Positions 31,110 to 42,029 of a stretch of 64,000 bases of DNA are shown here, in pieces. Positions within the stretch are counted from its first letter, which is position 1. Every line of letters starts with the position of its first letter. The DNA lies in the IMG/VR virus record IMGVR_UViG_3300005613_000030, positions 22,608 to 86,607 of that record. The stretch is one strand, 5' to 3'. This DNA is from a virus. The notes beneath the pieces are model-generated. The model had not been told where the DNA came from. It ran no database searches and saw nothing but the letters and a program-made list of their open reading frames with translations. The translations under genes were made by a program, and so were the position numbers.

Positions 31110-32785
31110 AAAAAATAGCAAAAAAATCTAAGAAGACCGTAGTTAAAATTGCTTCAAAAGCAGAAGCAAAAAAGATAATTAAGAAAAAAGCTTCTGAAAA
31201 AAAGAAAGCAATTCGTCGAGATTACGCTAAACTACGTAAAAAGATGAAATCTGATCTTAGCATGGAAGACTTTACATTGAACACACAGTATACAATTGAT
31301 ATGTTAAAGTATCACTGGGGGTCATTAGCTGCATTAGATAAGGCAGCACGAATAAAATACCCTAATATGTTTTCAGATGTTAGAATTGAAAATATAATAT
31401 CTCCCAAGAAACGAAAAGCTCTTAGATCTACTATTGCTAAAAATCAACGATTTTTTATTACTACTGCTGTAACTAGTTGTGATTTAGATGTTACTGCTTA
31501 TAAAACAGCTAAATACTACTGTAAAAAAAATAACGCAAAAATGTTGATACTTGTGTCGTCTGATCCTGCTCATAACTTAGATAAAGACTCATTAGGTCGA
31601 ATTGATAAGCGATTAACAGAAGAATATATTGTTGTAGAAGATTCCACATTAAATTCAAATTTATTCTTATCTACTATTAAGTTATCTGCAAAACAAATTG
31701 ATCCAATAACTGGATTGAGTCGAATTGGTCAACGCGATGGTTCTTTTATTTTTGCATCACCGAAACAACGATTAAAAGGTACAGCAGTATCAAATCAAAA
31801 AATGCCACATTTTTTAATGACCACTGGTGCAATTACATTACCAGATTACTCCTCTACTAATTATATGTCTAATCGTACGGCTGTTATTGCAGATAGTGAC
31901 CATGTGATGGGTGGAGTAATTGTTGAAGTTGTTGATGATACTTATTTTCATTTTAGGCAAGTTCAGTTTGATAGTAAAGGTAAATTTATTGATTTAGGTA
32001 TTGAATATTCTAGTAGAGGTACTAAAAAAGTAGCACCAGAAGCTTTTGTATTAGGTGATTGGCATGCAGGTGATACATCACCAATTGCTAAACGGTGTTG
32101 GCAAGAAGTATGTGAACAGCTTAAGCCTAAAAGTATTATATTGCATGATTTATTCAATGGAATGTCAATAAATCATCATATTGATAACAATATTGTAACA
32201 CGTGCACAAATCGCTAAACAAGGATTATTAGATCTAGGCATGGAATTACAGCATGTACGAGATGATTTAAATGAATTATCTACGTGGGTAAATAAATTAG
32301 TTATCGTTAAATCTAATCACGATGAATTTTTATCTAGATACTTAGAAGAAGCTAGATATGCAAAAGATCCGCATAATCATGCAGTTAGTCTTAAGTTAGC
32401 TGATGCTATGGTTAATGACGGTAAGGATCCTTTAAAATTTGCGATTGTTGAGCTTTATGGTTTAAAGCGGTCTAATAAAATTAAATGGTTAGAGCGTGAT
32501 GAAGACTATAAAGTAGCTAGAATACAATGCGGTAATCATGGAGATAAGGGTGCTAATGGTGCTAGAGGATCAATCAAGAGCATGGAAGATGCATATGGCG
32601 ATTCGGTATCTGGGCACTCTCATAGTCCAGAGATATTAAGAGGTGCATGGAAAACTGGTACTTCGACTCATTTAAAATTATTATATAATAAAGGACCAAG
32701 CTCATGGATGCAAACATCATGTCTAATATATCCAAACGGCTCGAGACAATTGATCAGTGTGATCAACGGTTATTGGAAACTTTAG
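31106..32785 (+). CDS. Large calcineurin-like metallophosphoesterase
   Basis: GDWH, LHDLFNG, SNHD, NHGD and GHSH motifs; Lys-rich N-terminus. Confidence 0.75.
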   Translation: MKKIAKKSKKTVVKIASKAEAKKIIKKKASEKKKAIRRDYAKLRKKMKSDLSMEDFTLNTQYTIDMLKYHWGSLAALDKAARIKYPNMFSDVRIENIISPKKRKALRSTIAKNQRFFITTAVTSCDLDVTAYKTAKYYCKKNNAKMLILVSSDPAHNLDKDSLGRIDKRLTEEYIVVEDSTLNSNLFLSTIKLSAKQIDPITGLSRIGQRDGSFIFASPKQRLKGTAVSNQKMPHFLMTTGAITLPDYSSTNYMSNRTAVIADSDHVMGGVIVEVVDDTYFHFRQVQFDSKGKFIDLGIEYSSRGTKKVAPEAFVLGDWHAGDTSPIAKRCWQEVCEQLKPKSIILHDLFNGMSINHHIDNNIVTRAQIAKQGLLDLGMELQHVRDDLNELSTWVNKLVIVKSNHDEFLSRYLEEARYAKDPHNHAVSLKLADAMVNDGKDPLKFAIVELYGLKRSNKIKWLERDEDYKVARIQCGNHGDKGANGARGSIKSMEDAYGDSVSGHSHSPEILRGAWKTGTSTHLKLLYNKGPSSWMQTSCLIYPNGSRQLISVINGYWKL

Positions 32786-33060
32786 TGAGTAATTTGGAGT
32801 ATATGAATGCTCCTAATATTGGTAAATTTAAAGGGTATAATGTGCGATATAAGCTGTTAAAGATATTTAAAACTTTAGGCTTATCGGTACCAATTGAACA
32901 ATCATTTTCAGCTGGCACACCTGTATACATAGATGATAATGGCAATTTATCTGCAACTCCAGCTATAAAAGCTAATAATATAGTTATTCAAGTTGGTATA
33001 GCTTCTGGCTGTGAAGATCAAATTATTATTCAACCTCAAATAATATCTTTTAATTATTAA
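32785..33060 (+). CDS. Hypothetical protein with capsid-cement-like beta motif
   Basis: AGTPVYIDDNGNLSATP...QVGIA. Confidence 0.4.
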   Translation: MSNLEYMNAPNIGKFKGYNVRYKLLKIFKTLGLSVPIEQSFSAGTPVYIDDNGNLSATPAIKANNIVIQVGIASGCEDQIIIQPQIISFNY

Positions 33061-33134
33061 CAGATATTTCTAGTCTGTTAACACTCAGATATGGTATAAT
33101 AATTCTTATAGTTTTAGTAATTATAGGAGTTATT

Positions 33135-33467
33135 ATGTCTGTCCCCAAATCATCAATAAGAAAAGTTTACTCTAACAATGTCAATGATATAGCACAAGGT
33201 CTTAACGGAATTGTATTTCCGGGAGATGTTATTACTGATGATATTAGTGCTGCAGGTGTTAGTGTTGGTAAAGGTAATATCTGTCGAATAGAAGTCGGTG
33301 GTGCTGATATTTATGTCGCTTTTGGTGATAAAGATATAGCTGCTGTAGATGTTAATACTAGTCCGGCATTAAAATTAAAAGCTAATACTATATATCATGT
33401 GTTATCTTCTGATTTATATATACGCGCAAGTGTTAATCCGATTAGAGTAGAAGTTATTTATACTTAA
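33135..33467 (+). CDS. Small beta-rich putative virion protein
   Basis: Promoter and SD present; amino-acid composition. Confidence 0.45.
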   Translation: MSVPKSSIRKVYSNNVNDIAQGLNGIVFPGDVITDDISAAGVSVGKGNICRIEVGGADIYVAFGDKDIAAVDVNTSPALKLKANTIYHVLSSDLYIRASVNPIRVEVIYT

Positions 33468-33482
33468 TATATGGAGTAATTA

Positions 33483-34538
33483 ATGAAGATTGATAGCTTT
33501 AGAGAATTATTAATTAAAAAAGCACATGATAAAAATCTTCAAACTCTTATTAAGCATGCTAAAGATGATTTCTTAGTAATGAGTTTGTTAGAATCGTTAG
33601 AAAAGATGGCTCGCTGGTCGACTCATAGAAATGCTAATTCTGCAGTCCAGCACTTTGGTGCTGAAGTAGATCCCGAATTACACCCTAAGATGATCCATGA
33701 TGCTGTTAGTCATCATGCATCACAATATAAAGCAGCATTGAACGCGAAAAATGACGCAGTTGCTAATAAGCATGCACGTCAGCTTTTTAAGTATATGCAT
33801 TTTTTACATAAATTAACTGATGATGGTGGGGTTAATCATACCGATGGCGCGTTAAAAGTAGAAGCCGTTGATCCTAAGCCATGGGAAAGAAGTAAATACA
33901 GCACTGTAAATGATAAAACAGGTAAATTTAAAACAGACACTAAAGGATGGAGTAGAGACTCTACAGATTACTCTTTTCTAAAAGGTGCACCACACGAAGC
34001 TTACAAAACTGAAGTAAGTCGTCATGGCCATAATGAGGCATATCCATTAGAGCAGATCAAAGTTAACGGTAAACATCTTCATATTGAGGATCCACAAGAG
34101 TTTAGTGGACAATATGAATCACATCCATTTGACAATCATCCTATTTTACAAAAACCAGCTGGCTCAAGAACTAGTCATTATGCAATGCCATCTCGTGCTC
34201 ATACTGAAGATCATCATCACGCATACTTAGAAGGCGTTGATGAGTTTCATAATAGTCCACATATGGATACTTTTTTTGATAAACATGAGAAATTAGAATC
34301 AGAAAATCCAGAAGCATATGCAGCAAGAGGTTCAAAACCTAGTGATAAAGTGCATGCACCTATAGATAATCCATTAGATTTTTCTTCTAAACCTAAAGAT
34401 ATCGCCCCAGCTAAATCTCCAGTTACTGAGCAAAAAGCTGCTGCTCCAGCGCAGAAACCTACAAAAGCAGCTGCTGTAGATATAGAGAGTTTACCACCAG
34501 ATATTGCTAAAATGCTGAAAGATAGAGGGCTTATATAA
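33483..34538 (+). CDS. His-rich putative capsid-internal protein
   Basis: N-terminal LIKKA and LEKM sites; His/Lys-rich. Confidence 0.45.
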   Translation: MKIDSFRELLIKKAHDKNLQTLIKHAKDDFLVMSLLESLEKMARWSTHRNANSAVQHFGAEVDPELHPKMIHDAVSHHASQYKAALNAKNDAVANKHARQLFKYMHFLHKLTDDGGVNHTDGALKVEAVDPKPWERSKYSTVNDKTGKFKTDTKGWSRDSTDYSFLKGAPHEAYKTEVSRHGHNEAYPLEQIKVNGKHLHIEDPQEFSGQYESHPFDNHPILQKPAGSRTSHYAMPSRAHTEDHHHAYLEGVDEFHNSPHMDTFFDKHEKLESENPEAYAARGSKPSDKVHAPIDNPLDFSSKPKDIAPAKSPVTEQKAAAPAQKPTKAAAVDIESLPPDIAKMLKDRGLI

Positions 34539-35821
34539 TGAAAAAAATCATAAAAACATTAAGTGATATAAGAGATATCATTGTTAAAAACAATGACTTT
34601 TTACAAGAAAACCCTGAAATTACAGCTGGCATTTTAAGTCAATTACAAAAAGCAATTGATGACGATGCAGATAGTTGGCTTAAAGAAAATGATCCATCAT
34701 ATTCGGAAGACCAATATGACGATGACGATGACGATGAGTATGCTATTCCTGTAGATGAAGAAGGATCAGAAATGTTTGATACTGATATAGATGATGAAGA
34801 TATTGATGCAGACGATGAAGATGCTGAATATATTAGTCAAGCGCCAAAGCAGTATCAGGACATTGAATCTGAAGAGCCAACTGCTGAAGTTAACGAACCT
34901 GTAACAGTGTCGGATAAGCCACAAGAAGAAGCGTCAGTTGATTTGCAAACGACACCTAAAAAGAAAACATCTTCTGGATACAGAGATTGGGAACCTCAAA
35001 AACAGTATTCTGCAGAACATCAAGCGAGTATAGATGAGCACATGAAAAATGGATATTCGCACCGCGAAGCTGAAAGATTAGCCGGTGCATATCAAGGACC
35101 ACATAACATTAAAGATGCCCTTAGCCATCAAGTAAAACCATCAGATATGTCTCCTAAAATGTTAGCGGAATTAAAAGAGTTAACTGGAGAATGGTTGGGG
35201 AATGCAAGACGCGTTTCATATGATAAAGCGTCTGCTGAAAAAAATCCTATTAAATATGCAAAAGGTAAAACTTTAAAAGCGCATGAAGAAGCTATGGGTG
35301 ATTATAAAACTGCATTAAAAGAATATCAAAATTCCGATGAACTGAAAAGTATGAAGATGAGAGATAGACATAAAGCAATTCAAAATTGGAAGAAAGAATA
35401 CAAAGAACAAAACCCTGACTTTCATGGTAAGGCAGCAAGTGTTGCAACTGCTCATAGCACATCTAGTAATGAAGCTAGTCAAGCTAGAAAGCAACTATTA
35501 GATGATCGATTGCATAGTATTGCAACTGCTGGGTTAAGTGATGGTGATAATCAAATGAATTTTCAAGAAGCTGCTCAACATGTGGGCGGTGGTAAAGCGG
35601 ATGAGGGCTATATAGCATCGTCAATTAAAGACCCTGCTGCATCATTTGCACAAGCTAATCCTGATTATATGCAGAGTAAACAATTTAGAGATCGATTAAA
35701 AGGCGCATTACCGGAGGATGCTTTAAATAGATTGAAACATGTAGATAATGCTGCAAAGCACCAAGGTATTGAAAGACAACCAAAAATAAAGAAACCTGGA
35801 GACGATAATGGCGAGAAGTAA
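34538..35821 (+). CDS. Putative capsid-internal protein with acidic tract
   Basis: LQKA site followed by a poly-Asp/Glu region. Confidence 0.45.
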   Translation: MKKIIKTLSDIRDIIVKNNDFLQENPEITAGILSQLQKAIDDDADSWLKENDPSYSEDQYDDDDDDEYAIPVDEEGSEMFDTDIDDEDIDADDEDAEYISQAPKQYQDIESEEPTAEVNEPVTVSDKPQEEASVDLQTTPKKKTSSGYRDWEPQKQYSAEHQASIDEHMKNGYSHREAERLAGAYQGPHNIKDALSHQVKPSDMSPKMLAELKELTGEWLGNARRVSYDKASAEKNPIKYAKGKTLKAHEEAMGDYKTALKEYQNSDELKSMKMRDRHKAIQNWKKEYKEQNPDFHGKAASVATAHSTSSNEASQARKQLLDDRLHSIATAGLSDGDNQMNFQEAAQHVGGGKADEGYIASSIKDPAASFAQANPDYMQSKQFRDRLKGALPEDALNRLKHVDNAAKHQGIERQPKIKKPGDDNGEK

Positions 35822-36638
35822 AACACCAGAGCAAAGTCCTTGGCCTGCTAGATACACTAACCAAGAAGGTGATGTTAATAGATATACATCACTTCCGACT
35901 CCAACTGTGCTTAAAACTACAGCTTTATTTGGAATTCCATTGCGTAGTGCATTAACAGGTGAAGAAGTTACAGATGATGCACTACAACATTATATTAATG
36001 TCGCTATAGGTGAAATTGAAAGTGAATTTGATTTGTACATAAACCCCGTAGAATTCTATGATAGGTACGACTATGACGCAGAAATGTTTAGACATTCATT
36101 TGCCTTTCTTCAATTAAAGCATCCTAATGTGTTAGATGTTGATCAAGTTGATTTAAGTTTTAGTAATGAGCCTGATACTGAAATAGTAGAATTTCCGATG
36201 GAGTTTGTATATGTTAATCATCAAGAGGGTAATCTTCAACTCGTACCTGCATACGGTACTAGTTTTAGTGGGTTTTTATTATCTGCATTTTCTGGCGCTC
36301 AATATCATGCATTGAAAGCTACACTTCAAAACGGTGGAAAGTTCCCTGGCGGTATCTGGGTAAAATATAGATGTGGATTTAAAGAAGACGAAGTTCCAGC
36401 TGCAGTAGCAGGATTAATTGAGAGCTTGGCTGCATATAAATTACTTAGCATGTTAGGCCCAGTATTATTTCCTTTAAATTCTGTCGGTATTTCCATCGAC
36501 GGAGTTAGTCAAAGTACCGGATCAATGGGACCACAATTCTTAGCAACAAGAATGGGTGATTTAGAGAAAATAATTGAAGCACAAAAGAATGCAGTTAGAG
36601 CAGCATTCCAAAGAGGCATTTTAGTGGATTTTATATAG
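35808..36638 (+). CDS. Head-tail adaptor/neck protein
   Basis: YINVAIGEIE, VKYRCGF, VPAAV and ISIDGVSQS motifs typical of myovirus neck proteins. Confidence 0.6.
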   Translation: MARSKTPEQSPWPARYTNQEGDVNRYTSLPTPTVLKTTALFGIPLRSALTGEEVTDDALQHYINVAIGEIESEFDLYINPVEFYDRYDYDAEMFRHSFAFLQLKHPNVLDVDQVDLSFSNEPDTEIVEFPMEFVYVNHQEGNLQLVPAYGTSFSGFLLSAFSGAQYHALKATLQNGGKFPGGIWVKYRCGFKEDEVPAAVAGLIESLAAYKLLSMLGPVLFPLNSVGISIDGVSQSTGSMGPQFLATRMGDLEKIIEAQKNAVRAAFQRGILVDFI

Positions 36639-36647
36639 GGTACAGAT

Positions 36648-37631
36648 ATGAAAAAGAAATTTATAGAAATAGCACCAGATGGCAAACGATCTATTGAACC
36701 AGGTAATGAGCCATTAGATAAGCAACCTATAGAAGAGCAACAAGCTCAATCTGCATATTATAATGCTGAACAAGCTCGCGACGAAGAAAAACGAGCCGAT
36801 AAGAAAAAGAAAAAAAAGCTAAACAATATTAAGAAATCAATTCTAGAAGAATGGAAATTATTGAAAGCTAAATTAAATCACGAAAAGGCAATTATGTCTA
36901 TAGGGGATGATGAAGATGAGCAAGATCAACTCGAAGGTCAACCACAAGAGGACGAGAGTGGCACAGAAAATATAGATCCACAAGCTGAAGAAGAAGCAGC
37001 AATGCAAGCTGAAGAAGAAGCAGCAATGCAAGGTGAAGAAGAAGCAGCAATGCAAGGTGAAGCAATGCAGGGTGAAGAAGAAGCAGCAATGCAGGGTGAA
37101 GAAGAAGTTCCTGATGATGTTGCTCAAGAAGCTGAAGCAGAAGGTAAAGATCCTGAGCAGTTATCTGAAGAAGATATTGAAGAAATTATGGAGCAATTAG
37201 GTTATTCTCCAGCAGAGATAGCACATGTTATACATGGACACGCTGCACCACAAGTTGACCCTAAACAGCAGCATGAATTAGCAAGCTTACAACAAAAGAG
37301 TGACCATGCACAAGCTCAGCATGAACATGACTTAGAAGCTAAAAAACAACAAGTTGTAGCTAAGCAGCAAGAACAAGAATTTAAACTTAAAAATGCTAAT
37401 GAGATAAATGAATTAACAGTAGAGCATGAGCGACGAATGAGAGACATGGAATACGCTATGGCACGTCGTGAAAAAGAATTAGAATTAAAATACAAAGAAT
37501 TAGCGTTAAAGCAGAAATTAAATCATACAAAATCAGAATCAGATATTAAATTAAAGCATAAGCATGAAGCACACAAAGCGAAATCAGCACAAAACGCAAA
37601 AAAGGAAGATAAAGATGTCGAAAACAAATAA
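36648..37631 (+). CDS. Acidic/coiled-coil putative head protein with EEEAAMQ(G/A) repeats
   Basis: IKKS and LLKA sites; tandem repeat; C-terminal coiled coil. Confidence 0.55.
   Translation: MKKKFIEIAPDGKRSIEPGNEPLDKQPIEEQQAQSAYYNAEQARDEEKRADKKKKKKLNNIKKSILEEWKLLKAKLNHEKAIMSIGDDEDEQDQLEGQPQEDESGTENIDPQAEEEAAMQAEEEAAMQGEEEAAMQGEAMQGEEEAAMQGEEEVPDDVAQEAEAEGKDPEQLSEEDIEEIMEQLGYSPAEIAHVIHGHAAPQVDPKQQHELASLQQKSDHAQAQHEHDLEAKKQQVVAKQQEQEFKLKNANEINELTVEHERRMRDMEYAMARREKELELKYKELALKQKLNHTKSESDIKLKHKHEAHKAKSAQNAKKEDKDVENK
36981..37107 (+). repeat. 24-nt tandem coding repeat (about 5 units, one shortened to 15 nt)
   Basis: ca(a/g)g(c/g)tgaagaagaagcagcaatg repeated. Confidence 0.9.
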
Positions 37632-38073
37632 AAACGGCCCAGGATCTTTAGATTGGTCAGATTTGTACGCTGGTAAAGTTGGTGAGCCAGAAGATCCACG
37701 TTCTAAACCAGTGGAGAAAGATTGTCATAAAGGTGGAGAAAAAATCACAAAAGACGATCTAAAGAAAGATGCTCAACGAATTCTTGATGGTTTTAATGTG
37801 CCAGGTAAAAAGCAACCCAATAAAGCAGAATTTGAAGCAGCTCTTAAATTAATGTACCCAGAATTAAATAAAACAGATGAAGAATGGGATCAAGTTGAGA
37901 AAAGATGGAACAACATGTTTCAGGATTGGATGAATACAGCTGCAAATGTATCAATTGATAATAAATCTGTTGAATGGGGTAATGGTAAATCATTTAAAGA
38001 AATGCTTTCTGAAGAAGATTTAGAAAAATATCAAGAAGAAGAAAAACAATTGAATAAAAAGATTACGGAGTAG
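37615..38073 (+). CDS. Hypothetical protein (possibly head-associated)
   Basis: SD aaggaag before the ATG at 37615. Confidence 0.55.
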   Translation: MSKTNKNGPGSLDWSDLYAGKVGEPEDPRSKPVEKDCHKGGEKITKDDLKKDAQRILDGFNVPGKKQPNKAEFEAALKLMYPELNKTDEEWDQVEKRWNNMFQDWMNTAANVSIDNKSVEWGNGKSFKEMLSEEDLEKYQEEEKQLNKKITE

Positions 38074-38251
38074 AAGAGTCAGATGATTGCTCATTTTGAA
38101 GTATTTCATCTAATGCATTTATAGCACCTACAATTTGAGCTAATCGGGTCTCAATATCAGATAACTGTTGTTTGATACCTTTTCCAACTCTAGTTAAGGT
38201 TTCTGCTTCTTTTTGTAATTCTAATATCTTATTTTGTATTTGTGTTTTCAT
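38063..38251 (-). CDS. Small coiled-coil protein, apparently leaderless
   Basis: Heptad pattern; ATG 6 nt after GTATAAT. Confidence 0.6.
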   Translation of the reverse strand: MKTQIQNKILELQKEAETLTRVGKGIKQQLSDIETRLAQIVGAINALDEILQNEQSSDSSTP

Positions 38252-38335
38252 ATAATGATTATACTTAAAAATATGATATTATAGTAGTTAAAGATATATT
38301 TACACAACGGGTGTAAACTTAGGTTTGGGAAATTT

Positions 38336-39322
38336 ATGGCTACAAGGCAACTAATAGTAGAGAAGCGCATTCTCGCGATCCCTGCTGTACCATTGACATT
38401 AGACGGAGATACACAATATATAGGACGCATTGACGTTGAAAAACGTTGTGAATTCCGTGTTGGCCAGATGGTTATCCTAAAATCTAGCACTCAACCCTCA
38501 ATAACACTTCAAATCAAGCGAATAATTAATCAAGATCATGTCTCTCCCTATGATCCAGTAGGTATTTACCTTGGTCCAGCAGATAAACATATTAGAGAAA
38601 GAACAGATGTATCTGCATACAGAATAGCTGATGGTGCTACATTAGAAGCAAATGAGCAAATGAGGCCAAAAGTACCTGAACAAGAAATTGAGCGGGCTAC
38701 ATACGAAGAAGAACCAGTAGTTGCTAGAAGATCTATATTAGTTGATAAGTGTGGTAAGCATTACACAGTCGATAATCCAGTGCCTGTTCAATTATCAGAT
38801 GGTACAATCAATATTGGGAGTGTAAATGCTGAATTAGAAGTGCAGTTATCTCACTTAGATAACTTTCCAGATGTTGGAGATATACATGATTCTGTGCGAA
38901 TTGGTGATGGGGAAGATTTATTAGAGATTAACCCTGATGGCAGTATTAATGTTGTAATACAGTCATCAGCTGATATTCCAGTAATTCATAAAGAACCTAA
39001 TACTTATATAGGTGGTGCTGAACAAACTGTTGCTACTTTTACTACAACTGACGACAATACTAATGTTATTAAGATCTTTGGTGAAGCTCAAACTACGGGG
39101 ACCTGGAAAATATATGCTGACACTGTTACAGCAGCGAACTTATTTGGTGTAACTAGGACATCAGCTATGCATAGAAATGCAGAAATTCACTTTGTTCAAC
39201 CTGAAAGCATTCCTACTGCAGGTACAAAAGTATTAGTAACTTTTACGCCGGATTCCTATCGTGTGTGTAGAATGGGTGGATTAGCTCACTCTACTTTTAC
39301 TCGAATTGAAATGGCTAAATAG
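38336..39322 (+). CDS. Putative virion protein
   Basis: DSVRIGDG..LEINPDGSINV; beta-rich; within the structural cluster. Confidence 0.5.
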   Translation: MATRQLIVEKRILAIPAVPLTLDGDTQYIGRIDVEKRCEFRVGQMVILKSSTQPSITLQIKRIINQDHVSPYDPVGIYLGPADKHIRERTDVSAYRIADGATLEANEQMRPKVPEQEIERATYEEEPVVARRSILVDKCGKHYTVDNPVPVQLSDGTINIGSVNAELEVQLSHLDNFPDVGDIHDSVRIGDGEDLLEINPDGSINVVIQSSADIPVIHKEPNTYIGGAEQTVATFTTTDDNTNVIKIFGEAQTTGTWKIYADTVTAANLFGVTRTSAMHRNAEIHFVQPESIPTAGTKVLVTFTPDSYRVCRMGGLAHSTFTRIEMAK

Positions 39323-39330
39323 GAGATTAT

Positions 39331-39684
39331 ATGTTAGTTAAATATGTTAAGAGTGCTTTAAATGCGCATTTAGAATGTGGATTATTGGAAGATATTAACT
39401 TAACAGACGAGCAAAAAGATGAATTAGCTTTGATTAGTGATTTAGTTGAAGGCATTAAAAAAGAATATTTAATATTTTTACGTAAATATAAGGTTGAAAA
39501 TATTAAAGATCTCTTAGAAAAGGCTAAAACTGATAAGAAATTAGAAGATAGTATTAAAAAATGGATGGATGGAATTTATTCGCGTAAAAATAAAACTATA
39601 CAGAAAGCCGTTGATAACTTCAATATCAAACACAATGAATCATACGCCAAATATATGAAATCGCTATCTAATGAAAAGAAATAA
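39331..39684 (+). CDS. Hypothetical helical protein
   Basis: SD aggag. Confidence 0.55.
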   Translation: MLVKYVKSALNAHLECGLLEDINLTDEQKDELALISDLVEGIKKEYLIFLRKYKVENIKDLLEKAKTDKKLEDSIKKWMDGIYSRKNKTIQKAVDNFNIKHNESYAKYMKSLSNEKK

Positions 39685-39820
39685 GTTAACTATCAAGTAT
39701 TATTTACATCTACATTTATATATAAAAACAATTAAGGTTGCATGTGAGTTAAGGTTAAGTTAATGCTATAATTAATTTGATACGTATATCATATATAGTA
39801 AAACATTTTTGGAGGAAACT

Positions 39821-41161
39821 ATGAATGACTTCGGGTTGCTAATTGCTTATTATAACTCAACTTTGCCAGATCTAACACTCTGCGACAACTCACCTCATGA
39901 ATTACAGGTTGATTCAAGTGGTAGACTAATTATATCTGGTAGATATTTTGAAGATTCTCAACACGTTAGTGGTGATGCTGGCTTGTTCATCATGGGTGTT
40001 CGTGACGATGGCGTAGCATCGTCAGTAGTTTACGATACAGTTACTTTTACAGCAGTTACACCTGGTGCTGATAGTAATGCTATCGATCTAGTTTTCAATG
40101 GTAGTGATGATATTGATACCGTTGTTAATGCTTGGAACGCAGCTAATCCTAATAATCAAGTTTCTTTTTCTGGCCAAGCTGGTACTTATATACCTACAAG
40201 TGGTACTGCAGATTTAGATGGTGGCGCAGATGATACTATTTTTACTGATGCCAACTATGACTACACCCCTTTTGCAACAGATAAATACGGTCGTTTAAAA
40301 GTTGTTGCTGATTTAGATGTAGATTTTGACTTTATATATGCTGAAGATTCTGTACATAATTCAGGTGATCTTGGCTCTTTTCAATTATCAATTAGATTAG
40401 ACGATCTAACTGCTGATAATAGTGCACAACTTGCTGGAACAAATGGAGACTATCAAGGCTTTTTCACTAATGATAAAGGCGAGCTCTATGTAAAAGATTC
40501 TGATGTATTGGCTCAATTAGTAACAATAGATAGTGTATTAGATGCTATTAAAGTTGATACTGGTAATATCGATGTTAATATTGGTGATATCGAAACTTTA
40601 ATTAGTGCCTTAAGTCACAGTGAAGATGATACTCACGTTAGTGGCGATAATGGAATCATGGGGTTAGCGGTTCGTAATGACGCTGATACCAGTTTAGTTG
40701 ATGCTGATGGTGATTACTCTCCACTTCAGGTTAATAATGTTGGTCGTTTAAAAGTTACAGCAGTTATAGAGCCAAACGGTACTGAAGATTATGTAGTCAC
40801 TGATGCACTAGCTGATGGTGGTGATGGTCTTGAAACTATTACAGCTGCTGGGACTCCTTGGGTAACAGTTGCAAGTTACGCTAATGTAGCCGGACAATCC
40901 GCTGAAATTTATGGTTGGCAATGGGCTGCAGATGCTAATGCTGTCGCTAGATTAATTACAGACACTGATGGAACTATTAACGTATATAAAATTGATCTAA
41001 ATAGCTCTGCTCAACCTGGAAAAAGTGAACATTTCGCAGATGGTGGTAACATTGAAATAGTTGGAGCCACAAACCAGATAGTTAAGTTACAAATTAGAAA
41101 AAGAAATGCTGGTTGCGGTGATGCACAAGGTAGTGGTTCTGTCCATATAAGAAAAATGTAA
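39821..41161 (+). CDS. Putative fibre/decoration virion protein with three EDS.H.SGD.G repeats
   Basis: Internal repeats EDSQHVSGDAG, EDSVHNSGDLG and EDDTHVSGDNG, each followed by a DY..F/L...G.L motif. Confidence 0.6.
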   Translation: MNDFGLLIAYYNSTLPDLTLCDNSPHELQVDSSGRLIISGRYFEDSQHVSGDAGLFIMGVRDDGVASSVVYDTVTFTAVTPGADSNAIDLVFNGSDDIDTVVNAWNAANPNNQVSFSGQAGTYIPTSGTADLDGGADDTIFTDANYDYTPFATDKYGRLKVVADLDVDFDFIYAEDSVHNSGDLGSFQLSIRLDDLTADNSAQLAGTNGDYQGFFTNDKGELYVKDSDVLAQLVTIDSVLDAIKVDTGNIDVNIGDIETLISALSHSEDDTHVSGDNGIMGLAVRNDADTSLVDADGDYSPLQVNNVGRLKVTAVIEPNGTEDYVVTDALADGGDGLETITAAGTPWVTVASYANVAGQSAEIYGWQWAADANAVARLITDTDGTINVYKIDLNSSAQPGKSEHFADGGNIEIVGATNQIVKLQIRKRNAGCGDAQGSGSVHIRKM

Positions 41162-41196
41162 TTAAGATTTTTCATATCATTTCAATAATTTAGTTT

Positions 41197-41230
41197 AAAG
41201 CCCATTCTTAGGAGTGGGCTTTTATTTTTA
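41197..41230 (+). terminator. Intrinsic terminator
   Basis: AAAGCCCATTC-TTAG-GAGTGGGCTTTTATTTTT. Confidence 0.85.
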
Positions 41231-41249
41231 GGTTAAGTATAATTAAAAC

Positions 41250-42029
41250 ATGAATAACTATGTTATATATAGGATTTGCTTTCCAAATGGTAAATATTAT
41301 ATTGGTCTCACTAAAGACTTCAAACGACGTAAAAAAGATCACTTAGCGAATCGCTTACATAAAAAGTGTGTAATTGAGCACGCATTAAGTAAATATAAAA
41401 ACGAACTACAATGGGAAATACTACATAAAGATTTATCATTAGAAAGAGCTAAAACACTTGAACAATTAGAAATCAATCAACATAACTCCTATATAAAAAA
41501 TAAAAATTCAAATGGATATAATTGTACACTAGGCGGTGAAGGCACAATTGGATATAATTTATCATATGAAACTAAAGTAAAGCTCTCTAATAATAAGTTA
41601 TTTTATGTCTTTAATATGGTCAATGGTGATAAAATCGGAGAATGGATATTACGAAGTAAATGTGCAGAGGATTTAAACCTATCTAGCTCAGGAGTAATTG
41701 GATCTTGCTTACGCGGTACAAAACCGCAATATAAGGGGTATACCTTTGTATATGCTGAAGAATATATTGGCCAATGCATGAAGTATATTAAACCGAATAC
41801 TTGGAACAAAGGGATTAAAGCCAACAACGAATTGAGAAAGAAGCTATCCTTAGCACAGGGTGGTAAAAAATTTGCTGCTTATGACAAAAATACTAATAAA
41901 AAAGTAGGTGAATGGATAAATCAAAGAGATTGCGCAGAAGATTTAAATATCAACCGTAAGAGCATAACTAAGGCCTTAAAGGGTTATTTAAAGTCTACCC
42001 ATGGTTATGTATTTAAATACATAGATTGA
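41250..42029 (+). CDS. GIY-YIG homing endonuclease with two NUMOD1/HTH repeats
   Basis: VIYRI..GKYYIGLT, GYNCTLGGEG; two GEWI...CAEDLN...GY.F.Y repeats. Confidence 0.85.
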   Translation: MNNYVIYRICFPNGKYYIGLTKDFKRRKKDHLANRLHKKCVIEHALSKYKNELQWEILHKDLSLERAKTLEQLEINQHNSYIKNKNSNGYNCTLGGEGTIGYNLSYETKVKLSNNKLFYVFNMVNGDKIGEWILRSKCAEDLNLSSSGVIGSCLRGTKPQYKGYTFVYAEEYIGQCMKYIKPNTWNKGIKANNELRKKLSLAQGGKKFAAYDKNTNKKVGEWINQRDCAEDLNINRKSITKALKGYLKSTHGYVFKYID

